The notes under the pieces are model-generated. The model worked only from the letters and a program-made list of their open reading frames with translations, had not been told where the DNA came from and made no database searches. From Roseateles aquae (lineage in GTDB: Bacteria > Pseudomonadota > Gammaproteobacteria > Burkholderiales > Burkholderiaceae_C): a DNA stretch of 64,000 bases. Position numbers and translations under genes: made by a program. Positions 56,484-64,000 of the stretch are shown here, piece by piece (the stretch's first letter is position 1; each line of letters opens with the position of its first letter). The DNA is taken from contig NZ_JAVXZY010000003.1 in assembly GCF_032337115.1 (NCBI RefSeq), positions 211,959-275,958 on the forward strand, written 5' to 3'.

Positions 56484-57890
56484 ATGGCGGCCCACGCGCT
56501 GGACAGCTTTCTGAGCCAGGCCGCAGCACGCTGCGGCGCAATGCCCGTCGCCACCGGCGCGGCGATTGAGCCTCGCTATCTGGAGGCGGCTCGTTATGGC
56601 GCCGGGCAGGCCGCGGCCTTGCTGCGGCCGGCCAGCGTGGCCGAACTGGCGGCGCTGCTGCCGCTGGCGGCGCGCCATGGCCTGCGCATCGTGCCGCAGG
56701 GGGCGCACACCGGCCTGGTGCGCGCCGGCACGCCCACCGATGCCCAGCGCGATCTGCTGCTCGCCACCGAGCGGCTGCGCGAGGTCTTCGAGCTGGATCT
56801 GCTTGACCGCACGCTGCGCGTCTCGGCCGGCTACCGGCTGTCCGAGATCAACGAGCGTCTGGCGCCGCATGGCTTGATGCTGCCCATCGACCTGAGCGCC
56901 GACCCCAGCGTCGGTGGCATGCTGGCCCATAACACCGGCGGTACGCGCATGCTGCGCTTTGGCGATGTACGCGCCAACACGCTGGGCCTGACGGTGGTGA
57001 CGGCCGAGGGCCAGGTCTTGCGCCTGGGCCGGGGTCTGCAGAAAGACAACGCGGCGCTGCCGCTGCAGCAGCTCTTCATCGGTTCCTCGGGCAGCCTAGG
57101 CGTGATCGCCGAGGCGACCTTCAAGCTGGCGCGCTTGCCTCGTCAGCAGGCCGTGGCGCTGGTGGCGCCCAACAGCCTGGACGCGGTGCTGCCGCTCTAC
57201 CAGCGGCTGATGGACGAGCTGGGCAGCCTGGTGAGCGCCTGCGAGGGCATCTCGCGTGCCGCCTTCGAGGCTGCGCTGAGCTGCGGCGGCGAGCGCTCCC
57301 GCTGGTTCGGCGGCGAGCTGCCGGACTACGCGCTGCTGATCGAACTCTCGTCCGATCTGCCGGCCGACAAGCTTGATCTGCAGGCACTGCTGCAGGGTTG
57401 GCTGGAGGCCGAGTTCGGCGAGCGCGTGGCCGATGCGGTGCTGGGCGCCGATGCCGCCTGCTGGGCGCTGCGCCACCACATCAGCGAGGGCTTGCGCGCG
57501 CGCGGCAAGGTGGTCGGCTTCGATGTGTCGCTGCCACGGCGGCATTTCATGGCCTTCCGCGAAGCCGGCCGGGCCTGGCTGGCCGAACACTTTGCACCTG
57601 CCGAGCTGGCCGACTTCGGCCATCTGGGCGATGGCGGCATGCACTTCAACCTGGTCTGGCCCAAGGATGCGCCGCTGCTCGACGAGGCCGCGCTGCGCGC
57701 CGGTGTCTATGCGCTGGTGCAGCGCTTCGAGGGCAGCTTCAGTGCCGAGCACGGCATCGGGCCGCAGCTGCAGCAGAGTTACTGGGACCTCAGCGCGCCC
57801 GAGTTGCTGGACTGGTCGGGCCGCGTGCAGCGCCTGTTTGATCCGGCTGCATGCCTGGGCTTGACGGTGTGGGGCCCTCCTCCGCGATAG
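56484..57890 (+). CDS. FAD-linked oxidase (D-2-hydroxyglutarate dehydrogenase/YdiJ-like)
   Basis: FAD_binding_4 N-terminal domain (RIVPQGAHTGLVRAG) plus an FAD-oxidase C-terminal domain (EHGIGPQLQQ). Confidence 0.7.
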   Translation: MAAHALDSFLSQAAARCGAMPVATGAAIEPRYLEAARYGAGQAAALLRPASVAELAALLPLAARHGLRIVPQGAHTGLVRAGTPTDAQRDLLLATERLREVFELDLLDRTLRVSAGYRLSEINERLAPHGLMLPIDLSADPSVGGMLAHNTGGTRMLRFGDVRANTLGLTVVTAEGQVLRLGRGLQKDNAALPLQQLFIGSSGSLGVIAEATFKLARLPRQQAVALVAPNSLDAVLPLYQRLMDELGSLVSACEGISRAAFEAALSCGGERSRWFGGELPDYALLIELSSDLPADKLDLQALLQGWLEAEFGERVADAVLGADAACWALRHHISEGLRARGKVVGFDVSLPRRHFMAFREAGRAWLAEHFAPAELADFGHLGDGGMHFNLVWPKDAPLLDEAALRAGVYALVQRFEGSFSAEHGIGPQLQQSYWDLSAPELLDWSGRVQRLFDPAACLGLTVWGPPPR

Positions 57891-59271
57891 CCGCTAGCCG
57901 GCTCAGCCCCTCCAGCGCCTGCGCGGCGGGCTGGGTGAAGGCCAGGCGCAGATGGCGTTGGAAGCCTGCGTGGGCACTCATGGCGCTGCCCGGTGTGAGC
58001 TTGACCCGCTGCGCCGCTGCGGCTTCGACCCAGGCCTCGGCATCCGGGCCGCGCGGCGGCAACTCGGCCCAGAGAAAGAGCCCGCCTTCAGGGCGCTGGA
58101 CGCGCCATTGCGGCAGCAGCCGGTGCAGGCCGTCGAGCAACAGCTCCGCCTGTGACTGCAGCTGCTCGCGCCGCGGCGCCAGCAAGGCGTCGTAGCGGTC
58201 CAGCAGATCGCAGGCCAGGGCAGAGCTCAGGGCGCTGCAGGCAATGTCGGCACTGGCCTTGGCGCGGCGCAGCGCCTCGATGAGCGGCTCGGGCGCTCGC
58301 AGCCAGCCGATGCGCAGCCCGGCCCACAGCGTCTTGGACAGGCTGCCGATATGGACGATGGGCGCGCCTCGCGGCACCGGCAGTGGCGCTGGCGTCTGCG
58401 CGAAATGCAGCTCGGCCAGCGAGTCGTCGACCAGCAGCAGGCCGCTGCCCTGGGCTGCCGTTCGGGCCAGCCGTTCCGACGCGCTGCGGCTCCAGCTGAT
58501 GCCACAGGGGTTGTGCAGCGAGGGGCAGACATAGGCCAGCTTGTGCCGGCCGCCGGCCAGTGCGGCGCTGAAGGCCGGCGCATGGGCTGCGCGTGCTTGC
58601 ACCGGCAGCTCGTCCAGGATGGCGCCGGCCGAGCGGAACACATCAAGCGCGCCGAAGTAGTTGGGCGACTCCAGCAAGACGCGATCGCCGCGCTGCAGAA
58701 AGTGCTGAGCGAGCAGGCTGATCGCCTGCTGGGCGCCGGCGCACACCAGCACCTGCGCCGGCATGGTCGGCAAGCCTTGGCGGCTGTAGCGCGCGGCGAT
58801 GCGCTCGCGCAGCGGCAGCATGCCCTCGGGCTGATAGGCGCTCTCGCGCAGCACCAGGCTGGCCGCCTGGGCACTGGGCTGCAGCCAGGCCAGTTCGGGC
58901 ACGGCCGTGGCCAAGGCGAAATCGACCCAGGCCGGATCGCCGCTGCCTTCGCGGCGCAGCGCCGGGTTGCCCAGTCGTACCGCACGCTTGCTGGCGGCGA
59001 CGTGGCCCGGTGGGCCCGCGCTGACGGTCGTGCCCTGGCCCTGCCGGGCGTTGACCCAGCCGGCTTCTGCCAGCCTCGCATAGGCCGCGACCACGGTGCT
59101 GCGGCTGATGCCCAGTCGCTCGGCCATCAGGCGTTCGGGCGGCAGTCGATCGCCGGGCAGCAGCTCACCGCCGAGTATCAGGCCCTGCATGGCGCTGGCC
59201 AGCGCGGCATAGAGGGGCGAGCCCTGCAGGGCGCGGATCAGCGCCGGGTGGCGCAGCAAGGACCAGTCCAT
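57790..59271 (-). CDS. MocR-type regulator (GntR HTH fused to PLP aminotransferase-fold domain)
   Basis: N-terminal GntR wHTH (RLPPERLMAERLGISRSTVVAAYARLAE) and a fold-type-I PLP domain with the Lys in SLSKTL. The 3' end overlaps the convergent FAD oxidase by 101 bp. Confidence 0.75.
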   Translation of the reverse strand: MDWSLLRHPALIRALQGSPLYAALASAMQGLILGGELLPGDRLPPERLMAERLGISRSTVVAAYARLAEAGWVNARQGQGTTVSAGPPGHVAASKRAVRLGNPALRREGSGDPAWVDFALATAVPELAWLQPSAQAASLVLRESAYQPEGMLPLRERIAARYSRQGLPTMPAQVLVCAGAQQAISLLAQHFLQRGDRVLLESPNYFGALDVFRSAGAILDELPVQARAAHAPAFSAALAGGRHKLAYVCPSLHNPCGISWSRSASERLARTAAQGSGLLLVDDSLAELHFAQTPAPLPVPRGAPIVHIGSLSKTLWAGLRIGWLRAPEPLIEALRRAKASADIACSALSSALACDLLDRYDALLAPRREQLQSQAELLLDGLHRLLPQWRVQRPEGGLFLWAELPPRGPDAEAWVEAAAAQRVKLTPGSAMSAHAGFQRHLRLAFTQPAAQALEGLSRLAAIAEEGPTPSSPGMQPDQTGAARGPTSPATRAR

Positions 59272-59343
59272 GATTGCTCAATTGGATTGCTTGAATCAGT
59301 CCAGTTGACTCTAGCATCTGTCCCTCATCTGCTGGAGAAAGCC

Positions 59344-60741
59344 ATGCACCCTGTCCTGCAAGACGACTTGCGCGCACTGCCCGAGCTCTTGAACCTGGCG
59401 CGCGACAGCGCGCTGCACAGCCTGCTCAAGCTCGCAGAGCAACCGGTGGCGATCCATCCGCTGCCCAGCGTCGGCCCGCTGGAGCGCAGTGTCGAGCCCG
59501 GCGCCGCCGCGGCACTGTGCCTGTTCGAGGCGCGCTGGCTGCCGCGGCTGGCCGCCAGTGCCGGGCCGCGCTATCTCGGCTTCGTGACCGGCGGCGCAAC
59601 GCCGGCCAGCCTGGTCGGCGACTGGCTGACCTCGGCGCTTGACCAGAACCCGACGGCCGGCTGGGACTCCGAGGCGCCCGAGCTGGAGCGGCAGACGGTG
59701 CGCGAACTGGCCGGCTGGTTCGGGCTTGGCGCCGCGCATGAGGGCGCTTTTGTTTCCGGCGCGACGATGTCGAACTTCGTCGGCCTTGCTATCGCCCGCG
59801 AGTGGCTGGGCGAGCAGCAGGGCGTGCGCGTCAGCGAAGTAGGTGTGGCCGCGCTGGGGCCGGTCACCGTACTGTCCGGCGCGGCGCATTCCAGCATTCA
59901 CAAGGCGCTGTCCATGCTGGGCTTGGGGCGCCAGGCGGTGCAGAAGCTCGCCACGCAGCCCGGGCGCGAGGCGGTCGATCTGCAGGCGCTCGAGGCGGCG
60001 CTGCAGGCCCAGCAGGGGCGACCGGTGATCGTGGTGGCCAATGCCGGTACGGTGAACAGCGGCGATTTCGATGATTTGCGCGCCATCGCGGCGTTGCGCC
60101 AGCGCTACCCCTTCTGGCTGCATGTCGATGCCGCCTTCGGCGCCTTCGCGGCGCTTGATGCACGGCTGGCCTCGCAGGTCGCGGGCCTGGACGCGGCGGA
60201 CTCGGTCTGCGTGGACTGCCACAAATGGATGAACGTGCCCTACGACAGCGCACTGCAGTTCACCCGTCACCGCGCGCTGCAGCTGAGGGTGTTCCAGAAC
60301 GCGGCGGCCTATCTGGGCGAGCCGGGCGAGCGGCCCGACTTCGTTCATCTGACGCCCGAGAACTCGCGCCGCTGGCGCGCCCTGGCCGCCTGGTTTGCGG
60401 TGCAGGCCTACGGACGCGAAGGGCAGGCGGACATCGTGGCGCGCAATATCGACTGCGCCCGGCTGCTGGGTGATCTGGTCGCCGCCGATGAGACGCTGGA
60501 GTTGCTGGCGCCGGTGCGGCTCAATATCGTTTGCTTTGCCGTGCGGGGCATGACGACCCAGGCCGAGGTGCAGGCGCTGCTCGAGCGGCTGCGTGATCGC
60601 GGCGAGGCCTTTCTGACGCCGACGCTGTACGCCGGCCGCTGGGCCATTCGCGCGGCTTTCAGCAACTGGCGCACCAGCGCCGACGACGTGCGGCGCGTCC
60701 ACAAGGCACTGCGCGCTGCGCTGAAGGCCGATCAGCCTTGA
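59344..60741 (+). CDS. PLP-dependent group II amino-acid decarboxylase family protein
   Basis: Motifs GGATPASLVGDW, SGATMSNFVGLAIAR and the PLP-Lys in VCVDCHKWMNVPYDSA. The start was trimmed to MHPVLQD at 59344. It is divergent from MocR. Confidence 0.7.
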   Translation: MHPVLQDDLRALPELLNLARDSALHSLLKLAEQPVAIHPLPSVGPLERSVEPGAAAALCLFEARWLPRLAASAGPRYLGFVTGGATPASLVGDWLTSALDQNPTAGWDSEAPELERQTVRELAGWFGLGAAHEGAFVSGATMSNFVGLAIAREWLGEQQGVRVSEVGVAALGPVTVLSGAAHSSIHKALSMLGLGRQAVQKLATQPGREAVDLQALEAALQAQQGRPVIVVANAGTVNSGDFDDLRAIAALRQRYPFWLHVDAAFGAFAALDARLASQVAGLDAADSVCVDCHKWMNVPYDSALQFTRHRALQLRVFQNAAAYLGEPGERPDFVHLTPENSRRWRALAAWFAVQAYGREGQADIVARNIDCARLLGDLVAADETLELLAPVRLNIVCFAVRGMTTQAEVQALLERLRDRGEAFLTPTLYAGRWAIRAAFSNWRTSADDVRRVHKALRAALKADQP

Positions 60742-60839
60742 AAGGTCAGCTTTTCCGAAATTTCAAGAAAAAGTTTGCGTAGATCAAAAATCCCGTGCTA
60801 TAGTAGCGGTCTTCGCTGCTGAAAAGCACTGAAGACAAA

Positions 60840-60924
<85 letters not shown>

Positions 60925-60930
60925 AACAAG

Positions 60931-60966
60931 AAAGGCCAGCACGAAAGTGCTGGCCTTTTGCGTTTT
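60931..60966 (+). terminator. Rho-independent terminator after tRNA-Leu (first copy of a 47-bp direct repeat)
   Basis: AAAGGCCAGCAC-GAAA-GTGCTGGCCTTTTGCGTTTT. Confidence 0.75.
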
Positions 60967-60974
60967 GGGGCTTG

Positions 60975-61248
60975 GGCAGCACTGAATCGGTCCCCGCATG
61001 CCGCGTTTGCGAGAGAAGCGGCCGGATCGAAGGCGCAGTGCGAAGGTCGGGCTGGCGGCCCGACAGCCGAGCGCTGCAACGCCCGAGACGGCCGCTTCTC
61101 TCGCAAACCCTTCAGGGGCGGACCTTTGCGGGCGCTGGCCGGCGTTGCAATCCTTGCACAGGCCAACCAGCCTGTGCTGCGGCTCGCGCCTTGCCCAGCC
61201 TCCCGCAAAGACCCCGCCGCGGCGCACGGGGACTGATTCAGTGCTGCC
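60975..61248. repeat. Nested-palindrome element (outer 22-bp and inner 20-25-bp inverted repeats), MITE-like or structured RNA
   Basis: The outer arms GGCAGCACTGAATCGGTCCCCG and CGGGGACTGATTCAGTGCTGCC match at 21 of 22. The inner arms are GTTTGCGAGAGAAGCGGCCG and CGGCCGCTTCTCTCGCAAAC. Confidence 0.6.
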
Positions 61249-61378
61249 TCAGGAAGTCCAGCCCACTGCAGGCTGGACGGGAGGACGAGAAAGGCGGCGC
61301 CTGCAAGCGCCGCCGGGGTCGCGCCGGTGTGACCGAGTCCTCTACTGGGCTGAGGCCGGCTCGCATGCAAGCGAGCCG

Positions 61379-61425
61379 GCACCAAACAAGAAAGGCCAGC
61401 ACGAAAGTGCTGGCCTTTTGCGTTT
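61379..61425 (+). repeat. Second copy of the 47-bp tRNA-Leu 3'-flank/terminator direct repeat, preceded by a degenerate tRNA T-arm/acceptor remnant
   Basis: CACCAAACAAGAAAGGCCAGCACGAAAGTGCTGGCCTTTTGCGTTTT is identical to 60920-60966. Upstream, GAGTCCTCTACTGGGC resembles the tRNA-Leu 3' end GAGTCCTCTCCTGGGC. Confidence 0.7.
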
Positions 61426-61472
61426 TCAGCGTCCCAATGGCTCAGTCGGCTGTTGCGCTGGCTGGCCGGAAG

Positions 61473-61775
61473 TCAGGCGTAGAGATCGACGTGCGCGCCG
61501 AGTCCGTTGGCGGCTGGTGCGGCCGGTGTGCTGCCGCGTTGTTCGCGCTGGCTGGCGTTGTGGGCGGCCTGGGCGCGTTGCATCCGGGCCTTGATGGTGG
61601 CCAGCTGTTCAGACAGGGCGTCGATCTTGGCCTTGCCCTCGGGGGTCTTGGCGGAGCCACAGTGGCTCCAGTCGGCCAGCTGGATCTCGCACTTGGCGCG
61701 TTCCGCATCCAGGCTGACCGGCACGCTGCCGGTCGACATCGCGCCGGCGGCGCTGACTGACGTGACTGAACTCAT
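61473..61775 (-). CDS. Hypothetical protein, DUF1090-like
   Basis: 100 aa. The pattern KCEIQLADWSHCGSAKTPEGKAKIDALSEQLATIKARM resembles YqjC/DUF1090 proteins. Weak. Confidence 0.4.
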   Translation of the reverse strand: MSSVTSVSAAGAMSTGSVPVSLDAERAKCEIQLADWSHCGSAKTPEGKAKIDALSEQLATIKARMQRAQAAHNASQREQRGSTPAAPAANGLGAHVDLYA

Positions 61776-61835
61776 GGCGGCCTCCTTGGCGAAGGTGGAC
61801 CGGGCCCCAAACCGCTGAGGCGCTCCGTGAAGTAT

Positions 61836-63983
61836 TTATCGGTCGCCGTCGCTGGAACTTGATGTCCGCTTGCGCAACAGCGTCTCGATGTCGGCGGCAC
61901 TCATCGGACGTGCAAACCAGAAGCCCTGGCCATAGTCGCAGCCGGCCTGCAACAAGAGCTCGTGCTGGGCCTGGGTCTCGACGCCCTCGGCCACCACCTT
62001 CAGGCCCAACTCGTGGGCCAGCGTGATGATGGCTTTGCAGACGGCAAAGTCCTTGCTGCCGACCTCGAGATGGCGAACAAAGCTTTGATCGATCTTGAGG
62101 CAGTCGATTTCATAGCGCTGCAGATAGGCCAGCGAGGAGTAACCGGTGCCGAAATCGTCCAGCGAGATGCTGATGCCGGCCGCGCGCAAGGCCTGGAGCT
62201 GTTGGTGAGCACCGCCGTCGCTGTCCAGCAGCAGGCCTTCGGTGATCTCCATGGCCAAGCCAGCCCCGGCCAGACCATTGGCAGCGAGGCGTAGCAGCCA
62301 GTGTTCATAGTGCTTGCTTTCGCCGCGGAACTGCAGCGGCGAGCGATTGATGCTGAGCTGGAAGTTGGCGTCGTGCTGCTTTCGCCAGCGCTGCGCCAGC
62401 CCGACGGCCTGCTCAAAGACCCAGGCGTCGATTTCCATGATCAGGCCGCTGCTTTCGGCCAGCGGGACGAAGTCGGCCGGGCTGATCAGGCCATGCTCGG
62501 GATGCAACCAGCGCAGCAAGGCCTCGGCCTTGTGGATCGCGCCTGTGCGCAGTTCGACGATGGGCTGAAACACCAGGCGGAACTGCTGGCGGGCCAGGGC
62601 CTCGCGCAAATCGTTGGTCAGCCGCATGCGCAGCTGCGCGGCTGCCTGCAGTGCCGGCGTGAACACGCTGTAGCGATTGCGCCCCGCCGCCTTGGCCACG
62701 TAGAGCGCCTGGTCGGCGTGCTTGAACAGGGTTTCGATCTGCTCGCCGTCGCGCGGGAACAGGCTGATGCCGATGCTGGCCGAGACGAAGGCACGGTCCT
62801 CGCCGAGCTCGAAGGGGCTGGCCAAGGTCTTGATCAAGGCATGGACAATGTCGCTCAGGGATTGCTCGTCGGGCACCGCGGGTAGCAGCACGGTGAATTC
62901 ATCGCCACCCATGCGCGCCACGGTGTCCTGCGGTCGCAGCGCTGCGCGGATGCGCTGAGCGGCCTGCACGAGCAGGGCGTCGCCGCGGTCGTGGCCCAGG
63001 CTGTCGTTGACCTCCTTGAAATGGTCGAGGTCGATGAACAGCACGGCCAGCTGCTCGCCGGCGGCGCGGGCCAGGGTCAGGTCTTGCTCGAGGCGCTCGC
63101 GCAGCATGCGGCGGTTGGGCAGCCCGGTCAGTGCGTCGAAATGAGCCTGTTTCCAGATCAGCGCCTCGGCGGCCTTGCGCTCGGTGATGTCGGTGTGGGT
63201 GCCGACCATGCGCAGTGGCCGCCCCTCGGCATCGCGGCTGATCACCATGCCGCGCGACAGCACCCATTTCCAGCTGCCATCCTTGCAGCGGACGCGATGC
63301 TCGTTCACATAGAGCGGGCTGCGGCCCTCGAAATGCGCGCGTCGGTCCAGCTCCATCTGCGCGATATCGTCGGGATGGGTGCGCTCATCAAAGGTACGCG
63401 AGATGTTCTCGATCTCATCGGCATCAAAGCCATACATCTGCAGATAGCGCTCGGAAAACAGCTCGACCCCGGTCTGCACATACCAGTCCCAGACACCGTC
63501 GCCGATGCTCTCCAGCGCCAGCTTCCACAAGGCATCGGCCTCGCGCAGCTGCTGCTCGGCCTCCTTGCGGGCGCTGATGTCGGTGAAGCTGCCCAGCCAG
63601 TGGCTGAGGCGGCCTTGTGCGTCGTGGCAGGGCGCGGCCAGGCAGAGCTGCCAGCGCGCGGCGGCGTTGTGGCCGCGCAGCCTGAGGTCTAGTGACAGGG
63701 CGGTCTTGGTGCGCAGGCAGTGTTGCCAGGCATCGTTGAACGCCGGCAGGTCTTTGTCATCGATCAGGGCCGCCCAGCCCTGCTGCAGCAACTGCTGCCG
63801 AGGCAGCTGGCTGTCAAGCAGCAGGCGGCTGCTGACGGCAAGCAACTGACCCTGCGCGTTGCTCATCCACAGCGCATGCGGCAACGCATCAATCAGCGCC
63901 AGGTGGTCTTGCCACGCCACGGGCGAGGCCGCTGCGTCGGCAGCAGGCCATGCGACTTCAGACCTGTCAGGCGCCATCCCCAT
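61836..63983 (-). CDS. PAS/PAC-GGDEF-EAL signalling protein (c-di-GMP turnover)
   Basis: Two PAS domains, GGDEF (active-site RMGGDEF present) and EAL (EALLRW, DDFGTGYSSL). Confidence 0.85.
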   Translation of the reverse strand: MGMAPDRSEVAWPAADAAASPVAWQDHLALIDALPHALWMSNAQGQLLAVSSRLLLDSQLPRQQLLQQGWAALIDDKDLPAFNDAWQHCLRTKTALSLDLRLRGHNAAARWQLCLAAPCHDAQGRLSHWLGSFTDISARKEAEQQLREADALWKLALESIGDGVWDWYVQTGVELFSERYLQMYGFDADEIENISRTFDERTHPDDIAQMELDRRAHFEGRSPLYVNEHRVRCKDGSWKWVLSRGMVISRDAEGRPLRMVGTHTDITERKAAEALIWKQAHFDALTGLPNRRMLRERLEQDLTLARAAGEQLAVLFIDLDHFKEVNDSLGHDRGDALLVQAAQRIRAALRPQDTVARMGGDEFTVLLPAVPDEQSLSDIVHALIKTLASPFELGEDRAFVSASIGISLFPRDGEQIETLFKHADQALYVAKAAGRNRYSVFTPALQAAAQLRMRLTNDLREALARQQFRLVFQPIVELRTGAIHKAEALLRWLHPEHGLISPADFVPLAESSGLIMEIDAWVFEQAVGLAQRWRKQHDANFQLSINRSPLQFRGESKHYEHWLLRLAANGLAGAGLAMEITEGLLLDSDGGAHQQLQALRAAGISISLDDFGTGYSSLAYLQRYEIDCLKIDQSFVRHLEVGSKDFAVCKAIITLAHELGLKVVAEGVETQAQHELLLQAGCDYGQGFWFARPMSAADIETLLRKRTSSSSDGDR

Positions 63984-64000
63984 CCACGACCCTCGACAAA

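Noticed and set aside
52695-56930. 1411-aa minus-strand ORF spanning the lysine-catabolic genes
   Set aside because: It runs antisense to four well-supported plus-strand genes, and its translation is low-complexity Ala/Arg/Gly-rich without domains. This is the typical stop-poor antisense frame of a high-GC genome.
58351-60741. 796-aa ORF for the PLP decarboxylase
   Set aside because: The upstream 330 codons are antisense to the MocR gene. The conserved decarboxylase sequence begins at Met 59344, after a 72-bp intergenic gap.
60972-61760. ORFs 60972-61760 and 60998-61594 downstream of tRNA-Leu
   Set aside because: They lie over the nested-palindrome and direct-repeat region and have Arg/Ala-rich translations with no homology signal. 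They are most likely non-coding.

Overview
This looks like a chromosomal window from a high-GC (~68-70%) betaproteobacterium, probably Burkholderiales; the taxon is inferred from gene content and synteny only. Genes are densely packed on both strands. Recognisable housekeeping genes include proA, queC, lemA, folE, rsmB-DUF4390-ntrY/ntrX-like and a tRNA-Phe/Gly/Thr cluster. The window also carries a homoprotocatechuate meta-cleavage operon (hpaR, hpaG1G2-E-D-F-H-I) and a lysine catabolic cluster (Lrp, saccharopine-dehydrogenase-family gene, P6C dehydrogenase, HglS/DUF1338, FAD oxidase), along with a MocR regulator with a PLP decarboxylase, a tRNA-Leu, and a PAS-GGDEF-EAL protein. Several features are not explained by standard annotation: (1) an operon of two tandem paralogous proteins of unknown function followed by a long DyP-type peroxidase; (2) a three-gene module made of a secreted 4-TM protein, a cytoplasmic peptidoglycan-binding transglycosylase-like protein and a 3-TM protein; (3) a pair of about 110-135 bp composite palindromic repeats that exactly bracket a lower-GC two-gene segment (PHB-depolymerase-family esterase plus a hypothetical); (4) a family of long hairpin repeats with CACAGAGACACGGAG arms, inserted co-directionally in the intergenic gaps of the hpa and lysine operons and once as a triple tandem array; (5) scars next to tRNA genes, namely a 47-bp perfect direct repeat with a nested palindromic element after tRNA-Leu and a duplicated terminator-like element after tRNA-Thr. 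No CRISPR array, integrase, transposase or recognisable prophage gene was seen.
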